Source: an uncultured Rhodopirellula sp. (GTDB lineage Bacteria > Planctomycetota > Planctomycetia > Pirellulales > Pirellulaceae). Taken from it: DNA of 46,495 nt. The position numbers were made by a program, and so were the translations under genes. The notes beneath the pieces were generated by a model that did not search any database, had not been told where the DNA came from, and was given only the letters and a program-made list of their open reading frames with translations. Shown piece by piece: positions 17,660-25,983 of the stretch. Every line of letters begins with the position of its first letter. The first letter of the stretch is position 1. Location: NCBI GenBank assembly GCA_964007735.1, contig CAXGAI010000038.1, forward strand, positions 1-46,495, written 5' to 3'.

Positions 17660-19993
17660 ATGAACAAAACCACATCTTTTAATCGAAGAACCACCATCAA
17701 ATCTTTTGCGGCAGGCACCCTGGCTAGTCTCGCTACAGAACAATCAGCAACCTCATCTACGGCGAAAACTATCAAGTTGCATCAGATTGATCGCTGGGAC
17801 GTTACTCATAACAGAGTTTGGCTTGGCGCCGAATTTTGGTCTAACCCAATGGAAGACTGGAGGGTACATAACGGTTGGGTGCAAAGTCAAACTACCGGTG
17901 AACATCGAAGTATCCATTCAGTGACCAGGCAATTAACTGACACATCTCAGCCTTTCGGCATGAGTGTCGAACTTAGCCGGTCGTCAAAAATCAATCAGGA
18001 CGGCGGTGCCGGATTTAAGTTGGGGGTAAAAAGCGATCTCAATGAATATCGATCCAACATGTTTTCTCGCTCGGGTATCATTGCAGGGATCATCAAAGAC
18101 GAACTCGCCATTGGAGACAAACGTGTTAAATTAGAGGCCGAACCACCCAATGGCCACGTGATCTTGAAGATCGTTGGGATACCAACCGGAAAGAAATACC
18201 TCTTAAAACTCACCGCGTTTGACCCACATACTGAAATTGAAATCGGGTCGATTCAATCCGAGGTGCCAGCCAGTAATTGCCTCGGTAACATTTCTCTTGT
18301 TAGTCAATTCACCGGACCTCGCCAAAGGTATAGCATCCCGGGCTATAGGTTTCGCCATTGGCTTGTTGGCGGACTCGCAATAACTCATCATCCTGACACT
18401 CAATTCGGACCTATCTTATGGACAATGTATACATTGAGTGACTCTCGCTCTGAAGAAGGTTTTGTCTTAAAGCTCAGTGCACTCACAGGGCCGCTTGGCA
18501 AAGAGGATAATCAGCACGTTGAGTTGCAAATTGAACGCGATGGAGGGTGGCAATCGGTCAAAAAGGCCAAACTCCATGCGGATGCATGGACCGCGACCTT
18601 TAGAATTCCGAACTGGAATGAACGACAAGACACGCGGTATAGGGTCCTCTACGTACAGGGCTTTAAGGACGGAGCGTCTGAAATTACTGAATGGTCGGGG
18701 GTCATTCAAAAAAACCCCAAAGACGAATCGCTTCGTCTTGCAGCTCTTACTTGCCAAAACGATTATGGGTTCCCGTATGAACCCGTTGCATCCAATATTG
18801 TTCGCCTAAATCCACACATGCTTTATTTCTCCGGTGACCAGCTCTATGAAGGTCACGGTGGCTATGGAATTATCCGTGATCCAGCAGGGCCGGCTATTCT
18901 CAACTACTTAAGAAAGTTTTACCAATTCGGCTGGGCATTCCGGGAGGCCATGCGAAATGCACCCGTGGTCTGTCTTCCAGATGACCATGACGTATTTCAG
19001 GGTAATATCTGGGGCGAGGGTGGAGCGGCTATGAAAAATATCGATCAGGGCACTTCGTCAAAAGGAGGGTATCGTGAGCCTGCCAGAATGGTGAACACAG
19101 TGCATATTACGAATTGTGCACACCATCCTGACTATTTTGACCCAACTCCTTCCGATCAGGGCATTAGTGTATACTACGGCGACTTGGTTTACGGTGGCGT
19201 TAGTTTTGCTATCCTCGGTGACCGGCAGTTTAAGAGCGGACCCGAAAAAGTCGAAACGGGCTCCGGACGCGCCGACCACGTGCGAGATCCAGATTTTGAT
19301 ACTGCCGTCCTCGACGAACCCGGCCTGATTCTGCTGGGGAGACGCCAGGAAGACTTCCTTTCGTCCTGGAGTAACGATTGGCGGGGGCACAATATGAAGG
19401 TCTTACTGAGTCAAACCGTATTTGCTGGAGTGGCTACTCATCACGGCGGATACGACGGCTATCTCAAAGCAGACCTCGATTCGGGAGGCTGGCCACAATC
19501 GGCGCGCAATAATGCGATCGACATCATCCGTAGTTCGATGGCCCTACATATCAATGGAGATCAGCATCTCACTTCCTTAGTGCAATATGGCGTGCGGCGA
19601 CAACGTGACAGCAACTGGTCGTTCTGCACACCAGCGATTGCGGCGGGCTATCCCCGTTGGTGGCGGCCTGATGATCTCAACATCGTCCCCCATAATCGCC
19701 CTCAACATGGACTGGCTAATACCGGTGAATATGTAGACGGGTTTGGAAATATGGCTTATGTTTATGCCGCCGGCAATCCTGAGGTTGGGACGAAACGCCC
19801 ACGTTATGAACGAGCGCACCAAAAGGGAAGTGGCTTTGGTTTTGTGATCATCGATACCGTCAACAAAACGTATGAGATCCATGCCTATAAGTTTGCTGTA
19901 AACGTTTTGGACAACGATCCCGGCAATGAATTCCCCGGATGGCCCATCACCATCCAGCGAGCAGAAAACAAGGGCAAGAACAAATTAACCTAG
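17660..19993 (+). CDS. Tat-exported PhoD-like (alkaline phosphatase D family) metallophosphoesterase with large N-terminal extension
   Basis: NRRTTI Tat-like motif; YFSGDQLYE; PDDHDVFQGN; LGDRQFKS; LLGRRQEDFL; INGDQH metal-ligand motifs. Confidence 0.82.
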   Translation: MNKTTSFNRRTTIKSFAAGTLASLATEQSATSSTAKTIKLHQIDRWDVTHNRVWLGAEFWSNPMEDWRVHNGWVQSQTTGEHRSIHSVTRQLTDTSQPFGMSVELSRSSKINQDGGAGFKLGVKSDLNEYRSNMFSRSGIIAGIIKDELAIGDKRVKLEAEPPNGHVILKIVGIPTGKKYLLKLTAFDPHTEIEIGSIQSEVPASNCLGNISLVSQFTGPRQRYSIPGYRFRHWLVGGLAITHHPDTQFGPILWTMYTLSDSRSEEGFVLKLSALTGPLGKEDNQHVELQIERDGGWQSVKKAKLHADAWTATFRIPNWNERQDTRYRVLYVQGFKDGASEITEWSGVIQKNPKDESLRLAALTCQNDYGFPYEPVASNIVRLNPHMLYFSGDQLYEGHGGYGIIRDPAGPAILNYLRKFYQFGWAFREAMRNAPVVCLPDDHDVFQGNIWGEGGAAMKNIDQGTSSKGGYREPARMVNTVHITNCAHHPDYFDPTPSDQGISVYYGDLVYGGVSFAILGDRQFKSGPEKVETGSGRADHVRDPDFDTAVLDEPGLILLGRRQEDFLSSWSNDWRGHNMKVLLSQTVFAGVATHHGGYDGYLKADLDSGGWPQSARNNAIDIIRSSMALHINGDQHLTSLVQYGVRRQRDSNWSFCTPAIAAGYPRWWRPDDLNIVPHNRPQHGLANTGEYVDGFGNMAYVYAAGNPEVGTKRPRYERAHQKGSGFGFVIIDTVNKTYEIHAYKFAVNVLDNDPGNEFPGWPITIQRAENKGKNKLT

Positions 19994-20018
19994 AAGTTCG
20001 ATCTGGTAGAGTGAAAAC

Positions 20019-20519
20019 CTATTCGCCTAGCATTTTCTGTAATAAGCCGAGCATCGAGTCAATCGACTCAGGATTGGCTTCCTTGCTCTTGGTGGTCAAT
20101 AGTTCTCGTCCAATTACCGTGGCCCCTAAATGGCTAAATTGCATTCGCATGGCAGACAACACCTTTTGTCCTCCGCCACCCGAGTGAGTCGATAACGCGA
20201 CTGGCAATCCGGTAAACATCTCGCGAAAGTCGTCCCCCTGCGTCGACATCCACGCAATAGCGCTAGTCAGATTAGGGGGAGTACTTCCATTGTATTCCGG
20301 GGCAACCACCCACAACGCATCCGCGTCGAGCATGTGCTGATGCAATTTTGGATAATCATCGCCGGGGCCCGCTTCGTAATCGCGCATTGAAAATAGCGGG
20401 ATCCGAAATTCGCTCAGGTCTAAAAGGACAGACGTTATTCCTTTTTCTTCGGCGGCTTCCTGTACTTTTTTACCAAGATCGAAGTTTGATCCCGCTGTAG
20501 TCGAAAGAATCAATAACAT
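20019..20519 (-). CDS. NADPH-dependent FMN reductase (flavodoxin-like)
   Basis: ADALWVVAPEYNGSTPPNLTSAIAWMS; STHSGGGGQKVL; 166 aa. Confidence 0.88.
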   Translation of the reverse strand: MLLILSTTAGSNFDLGKKVQEAAEEKGITSVLLDLSEFRIPLFSMRDYEAGPGDDYPKLHQHMLDADALWVVAPEYNGSTPPNLTSAIAWMSTQGDDFREMFTGLPVALSTHSGGGGQKVLSAMRMQFSHLGATVIGRELLTTKSKEANPESIDSMLGLLQKMLGE

Positions 20520-20727
20520 GGAGTTCTCTTTTTGTATGAAGTGATGTCGTTAGGTCAATTGTGACGCGATCTACGTAATGATTCAATTACGCTCAGAACA
20601 AAGAAACTATATAACCCGCGCTTAAAATAGTCAGAGTGAATCAAGGAGACTTTGAATTCGTGTACGCTGTCAAACTTGATTTAAGTATAATAAATGCAAA
20701 CAAACACCCTCCTTCTATAAAGACGTC

Positions 20728-22089
20728 ATGAAACCACATTCCGTCATACAGCGTAGGACTCTGCTCAAAGCAGGACTTATATCCGGTACTGCTTTGACTT
20801 TTGTGGACCATCTTTTTCATGCAGAACTCACAAAAGCACGGACTGGGGCTACACCCCAAGACACAAACTGCATCATGCTCTATATGACTGGTGGGCCTGC
20901 ACAGCAGGAAACCTTTGATATGAAACCGGATTGCGATGATCGTTTTCGGGGGGAATTCCTGCCTATTTCAACCAAAACACCAGGCATTCAAATATGTGAG
21001 CACCTTCCGCTTTTATCTCAGCATACGGAGAAGTTCGCGATCATTCGATCTACCTGGCATGAGAGCAATACGCACGGCGTCGGTGTGCATTACAACCTAA
21101 CCGGTCTTAAGCATGCGCCCCGTCAACGAGGCGAACCCCAGGTTTCACGGGAAGATCCGCCCAACATTGGCGGAGTTCTACGACAATTACGAGGGGACCG
21201 TAACGGTCTTCCCGCTGCAGTCCATCTCCCCGTGCGAATTGGTGACCAAAACAATTTTCGCTGGGGTGGCCAACATGCCGGATTTCTGGGCCAGCAATAT
21301 GATCCTCTAACTCTAATCGAAGAGTCGTGGCTTCCAGGCACGCTACCTAGCAGCTTTCTACCTCCTGCTGGGGTTGGTGTTGGCCGATTGCGAGATCGCG
21401 TGCGATTACTTAAAGGCGTAGAACGATCTACAAATAATGGATCGAAAGACGACCAGCAGTTGCTTTATCAGCAGGCGCGGGAACGGGCATTAAGCATCCT
21501 GCAATCAGACTCTGTTTGGAAAGCGTTTCTAATCGAAGAGGAAAAGCCAGCCACGATAGAACGTTATGGAGATAATAAATTTGGGCGCAGTTGTCTGGTC
21601 GCACGCCGATTAGTCGAAAGAGGTGTTTCCTTTGTCACCGTTCCCTGGATGCATTTACATTCAACCAAAAACTTTGATACACACGCCAATCACTTCAAAG
21701 TGATGAAAGAGGTTCTATTACCCCCGATGGACCAGGCAATGGCAGCTCTGCTCGAAGACCTCCATCAAACAGGCCTCATCGATAGTACTCTACTAAGTTG
21801 GACCGGTGAATTCGGCCGAACGCCGAAAATCAATGGGAATGCAGGCAGAGATCATTGGGGCAAGGTTTACAGCACCTTACTCGCTGGCGGTGGGATTCGG
21901 GGAGGCCAGGTCTACGGGTCAACGGATGCAATTGGGGGTGAGCCAATTGACAAGCCGGTTTATGTAAGTGATTACATCGCGACGATCTATAAAGCATTAG
22001 GGTACGACGGAAGCACATTGGTTCACGATCGGTTCGGTCGCCCGCATCCCATCGTACAAGGTACTCCTATTAAAACACTATTCGGATAA
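20728..22089 (+). CDS. DUF1501 family protein, subtype B
   Basis: QRRTLL Tat motif; YMTGGPAQQETFDMKP..RFRGEF; VARRLVERGV; NFDTH; EFGRTPKIN; GRDHWG; GRPHPIVQGTPIKTLF. Confidence 0.93.
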   Translation: MKPHSVIQRRTLLKAGLISGTALTFVDHLFHAELTKARTGATPQDTNCIMLYMTGGPAQQETFDMKPDCDDRFRGEFLPISTKTPGIQICEHLPLLSQHTEKFAIIRSTWHESNTHGVGVHYNLTGLKHAPRQRGEPQVSREDPPNIGGVLRQLRGDRNGLPAAVHLPVRIGDQNNFRWGGQHAGFLGQQYDPLTLIEESWLPGTLPSSFLPPAGVGVGRLRDRVRLLKGVERSTNNGSKDDQQLLYQQARERALSILQSDSVWKAFLIEEEKPATIERYGDNKFGRSCLVARRLVERGVSFVTVPWMHLHSTKNFDTHANHFKVMKEVLLPPMDQAMAALLEDLHQTGLIDSTLLSWTGEFGRTPKINGNAGRDHWGKVYSTLLAGGGIRGGQVYGSTDAIGGEPIDKPVYVSDYIATIYKALGYDGSTLVHDRFGRPHPIVQGTPIKTLFG

Positions 22090-22095
22090 TAACTC

Positions 22096-23034
22096 ATGCC
22101 ACGATTTCTTTCCCTACCTCTACTCGTTATTTTATTCGCCGTAAATCTTCAAGCGGCCGAATTGGCGGATCTGGTGGAACCCCAATCACAAATACAGAAA
22201 CTAGCCGGTGATATGAAGTTTACCGAGGGTCCCGTTTGGGAACCAAAGTCTCAAACGGTGATCTTTTCAGACATTCCCAATAGCAAACTCATGGCTTGGA
22301 ATTCCACCAACGGTCTTACAGTTTTTCGTGAAAGTAAGAACGCCAATGGGAACATTCTGGATCTCCAGGGAAATTTGATATCGTGCCAACACTCCGGACG
22401 CAATCTGATACGCATTAAAGAAGACGGTAAAACCGAAATTATCGTTGATAATTATAAAGGCCATAAATTAAATTCGCCTAACGATGTTGCCGTGCACCAA
22501 AACGGAAGTTTTTGGTTCACTGATCCGCCATGGGGTCTTTGGGGTAGCGATAACGCCACAGAACTGGAAGGGCACTGGGTTTATCGGGTCAGTCCAGACA
22601 CCGGAGTGGCGGAGGCGGTCGTCACCGATTTAGCAATGCCCAATGGAATTATTTTTTCCCCGGATTTCTCGCGGCTTTATATTGCCGATACTGGCGGGCA
22701 TCCGCGTCATCCCGACGAAACCCTTCGTGATGCGCCAGATATCATACGGTGTTATAAAATGACCAGGAAAGGCGAGCTAGGAAAACTCCTATTTACAATC
22801 GACGAGGGTAGTGATGGAATGGCCATGGATGTCTCCGGAAATTTATACACCACCCATTCCGGGAAGATCAACATCTTCAATACGCGAGGGCAGGTAATCG
22901 GGCGAATAGAGTGCCCGGAAAATCCGGCGAACGTCACTTTCGGTGGAAAGGATTACAAGACCCTTTTTATTACGGCACGAACCTCGTTGTATTCGTTGGC
23001 GATGAAAATCCAAGGAGCGCATGGCCAACAATGA
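22096..23034 (+). CDS. Secreted SMP-30/gluconolactonase/LRE family beta-propeller
   Basis: Signal peptide; FTEGPVW; FSDIP; ANGN; LNSPNDV; WFTDPPWG; PNGIIFSPD; SDGMAMD; PANVTFGG; LFITARTSLY. Confidence 0.92.
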   Translation: MPRFLSLPLLVILFAVNLQAAELADLVEPQSQIQKLAGDMKFTEGPVWEPKSQTVIFSDIPNSKLMAWNSTNGLTVFRESKNANGNILDLQGNLISCQHSGRNLIRIKEDGKTEIIVDNYKGHKLNSPNDVAVHQNGSFWFTDPPWGLWGSDNATELEGHWVYRVSPDTGVAEAVVTDLAMPNGIIFSPDFSRLYIADTGGHPRHPDETLRDAPDIIRCYKMTRKGELGKLLFTIDEGSDGMAMDVSGNLYTTHSGKINIFNTRGQVIGRIECPENPANVTFGGKDYKTLFITARTSLYSLAMKIQGAHGQQ

Positions 23035-25979
23035 TGGGATATTCCAGAACATTTATTCCAGCTGGCAACCGTGCGTGGGCAATCTCACGCAGTATGACTA
23101 TCTGTGTTCTCATCACCACTTGCATACTTACCAGTTCATCTTTACTTGCCGATGAGTACTTTGAGAAAAAGGTTCGGCCACTTTTGGTAGCCAAATGTTA
23201 CCAGTGTCATTCCGGGACCAAAACGTCCGGTGGGCTATCGCTAGAAACGAAGGCGGGTTGGATGAAAGGGGGCGAGTCCGGGCCGGCCGTCTTTCCAGGT
23301 GATTTAGATAACAGCCTCTTAATAGACGCGATAAATTATCGTGGTCTCGAAATGCCACCTCGGGATAAGGGTGGGCAACTAAAGCCCGAAGAGATTGAGA
23401 TCCTTTCAACATGGGTTTCACAAGGCGCCATCGATCCTCGAATCGCCAGTCAACAGCTTGGCGGGATGTCCAAACAGGACGCCAAAACTTGGTGGTCATA
23501 TCAGCCCGTCAAGGCGGTTGCTAAGGTCGAGTCTGCAGAACAAATTGACCACTTCATTGACCAAACGCTTGAATCTGAGAGTTTACGGCCGGCACCCCTG
23601 GCCACACGGCGTGAACTAATCCGCCGTGCCACTTATGACCTTACGGGTTTACCTCCGACTCACAGTGAGGTTCTCAACTTTCAGAACGATCACTCAGACG
23701 GCGCCTTCCTGAAGGTAATCAATCGGTTGCTAGACTCTCACGAGTACGGTGAGCATTGGGGCCGGCACTGGTTAGACGTCATCCGTTATGCGGATACAGC
23801 CGGAGAGAATTCAGACAGGCCCCTGCCACACGCCTGGCGTTTTAGGAACTGGGTGATAGACTCGATCAACCAGGATATGCCGTTTACGGACTTCACCAAG
23901 CAACAGTTAGCTGGTGATCTCGCGCCACTTGGGAACTCAATAAAACAAAAAAATGATGGGATAATAGCCACGGGTTACTTGGCAGTGGCCCGACGCTACG
24001 GTCACAACATCAACAATGACATCCACCTAATGCATGAAGATGTCATTGACAATCTAGGAAAAGCATTTCTTGGCCTTACCGTTGGGTGTGCACGATGTCA
24101 CGATCACAAATATGATCCAATCACATCAAACGACTATTACGCTTTGTACGGAATCTTCAGCAGTACAAAATTCTCTTTCCCCGGTTGCGAACCAATCCCC
24201 CATCCGAGCGACCTGGTTCCGTTGACGTTGGTTGGCGAACAGCACAAGGCATACGAAACGTACCTATCTGAAAAAGCAGCGTACGAAGCCAACATACCCA
24301 ATAACCCGAAGACAGTAGAGCGTCTCAAGCTACTAAGCGCGCAGTTCAACACTACTTTGGCAACGGCGAATGTGGGCCAGAGCGGAAAACAACGGCTGGA
24401 AGACCATTTTCCCGACAAGAACACTCACCCAATTAAGAAAGGGGAGGTACTCCAACTACGCATCAATCGCAATGAGAACTATGGCGCAGATTCCACCGGG
24501 ATTCGGCTCAACATCCAAAACTTAAAGGTGCCAGAGAAGAAGTGGTCGACACATGAACTGGTTGGCCTCATCGATTCCAAATCGCCGCTCATCCACTCGC
24601 GTGGCGCTCGCTGGGCGTTCTTAGATCCGACTAATGGCCCTAAGTTCCTCACCACCAAAAAGCTCGATATTGGTGGTCACGCCTCGTTAAAGGGCTGGGC
24701 GTTGGGGGACAATCCGTCCTTTTTCGCGAATACAGGTGAAACCACTGTTGCAGCGTGGACAACCCTACCTCCCAAAACTCTCTTTACCCACCCCGGGCCA
24801 AATGAAGATTGTGCCATTGCATGGATCTGTCCCGAGGATGGTGACTACACTATTACCGGCCACGTGATGGACGCCCACGCCGGAGCGGGTGACGGCGTCA
24901 CATTCTTTCTTGAACTAATCGCTTCAGAGGAATTTGGTAACGATTTGGCCAAACTTGGTGAGGCCAACGGAAATTTGGTTGCGCCCAAACCCGTAACACT
25001 ACCTGTCGCATATGCAGTCACCGAAGGCGTCATAGCCAATGCCCCTATACAATTAAGAGGTGATCCAGAACAGGAAGGCAACCCCGTTGAACGGCGTTGG
25101 CTTGAGGTATTCGGTGGTGCGACCCTAACCAACCCCGAACAAAGTGGCCGCTCGGAATTATCAGATTGGATAACGTCACACCCTCTTTTCATCCGTGTTC
25201 TCGCAAACCGACTCTGGCAGTGGCATTTTGGAAAAGGCCTTGTGGCGACACCTAACGATCTGGGAGCCCGCGGTGCTCCTCCCACACATCCCGAACTCCT
25301 GGAATTCCTTGCTTCACAGGTCGTGGCTAATAACTTCAAACTGAAACCATTACATCGTATAATCATGCAAAGCAAGGCTTACCAACGAAGCTCAAACGGG
25401 TTTGGTGTTGAAAACCCAAAGGATCCCGCAAATCTGCTATTAAGTCATTTTTCCTCAAGGCGGCTTTCCGCAGAGGAAATCCGGGATTCACTCCTTGTGG
25501 TCAGCCGCCAACTTGACAAGGCCGCTGGCTTAAATCATCCTTTTCTGCCGGAAACCAGTTGGAATTACAGTCAACATGCTCCCTTTAACGCGGTTTACCA
25601 GACCGACAAAAGAAGTGTGTACATGATGGTGCAGCGACAGCGCCGCCATCCGTTCCTCGCCTTATTTGACGGGCCTGACCCTAATGCAAGTACTCCCGTG
25701 CGAGAGCAAACGATTGTCCCAACGCAGGCGCTTTACTTCCTTAACGATGAGTTCTTTCATGCGTCTGCCAACCTCACTGCATCGAATTTCCTCGCGAACC
25801 ATTCAAATTCGTCTCCTGTTACCGAACTGTATCGTTTTATTTTCCAACGAGAACCCTCAATGGCCGAGATAGCGATAACCAATCAGTTCTTAAAGACCTA
25901 CGATGGTACTGAGTTAGCCAAGTGGCAAGCATTTTGCCGTATTCTATTAGCCAGCAATGAATTTATTTATGTGGACTAG
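23031..25979 (+). CDS. Planctomycete diheme cytochrome c protein (PSCyt1 + DUF1549 + DUF1553) with central beta-rich insert
   Basis: Start moved to the ATG at 23031 (ATGA overlap with the gluconolactonase stop); a later ATG (MTICVL) is also possible. FEKKVRPLLVAKCYQCH; WGRHWLDVIRYADTAG; CARCHDHKYDP; NRLWQWHFGKGLV; PTHPELLEFLA; RRLSAEEIRDS; SNEFIYVD. Confidence 0.92.
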   Translation: MMGYSRTFIPAGNRAWAISRSMTICVLITTCILTSSSLLADEYFEKKVRPLLVAKCYQCHSGTKTSGGLSLETKAGWMKGGESGPAVFPGDLDNSLLIDAINYRGLEMPPRDKGGQLKPEEIEILSTWVSQGAIDPRIASQQLGGMSKQDAKTWWSYQPVKAVAKVESAEQIDHFIDQTLESESLRPAPLATRRELIRRATYDLTGLPPTHSEVLNFQNDHSDGAFLKVINRLLDSHEYGEHWGRHWLDVIRYADTAGENSDRPLPHAWRFRNWVIDSINQDMPFTDFTKQQLAGDLAPLGNSIKQKNDGIIATGYLAVARRYGHNINNDIHLMHEDVIDNLGKAFLGLTVGCARCHDHKYDPITSNDYYALYGIFSSTKFSFPGCEPIPHPSDLVPLTLVGEQHKAYETYLSEKAAYEANIPNNPKTVERLKLLSAQFNTTLATANVGQSGKQRLEDHFPDKNTHPIKKGEVLQLRINRNENYGADSTGIRLNIQNLKVPEKKWSTHELVGLIDSKSPLIHSRGARWAFLDPTNGPKFLTTKKLDIGGHASLKGWALGDNPSFFANTGETTVAAWTTLPPKTLFTHPGPNEDCAIAWICPEDGDYTITGHVMDAHAGAGDGVTFFLELIASEEFGNDLAKLGEANGNLVAPKPVTLPVAYAVTEGVIANAPIQLRGDPEQEGNPVERRWLEVFGGATLTNPEQSGRSELSDWITSHPLFIRVLANRLWQWHFGKGLVATPNDLGARGAPPTHPELLEFLASQVVANNFKLKPLHRIIMQSKAYQRSSNGFGVENPKDPANLLLSHFSSRRLSAEEIRDSLLVVSRQLDKAAGLNHPFLPETSWNYSQHAPFNAVYQTDKRSVYMMVQRQRRHPFLALFDGPDPNASTPVREQTIVPTQALYFLNDEFFHASANLTASNFLANHSNSSPVTELYRFIFQREPSMAEIAITNQFLKTYDGTELAKWQAFCRILLASNEFIYVD

Positions 25980-25983
25980 ATCG

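Noticed and set aside
22911..23030. Long overlap between the gluconolactonase and cytochrome ORFs
   Set aside because: Artefact of taking the longest ORF; the ATG at 23031 gives a standard ATGA coupling. Later starts likewise resolve the overlaps at 10899, 25957 and 31483.
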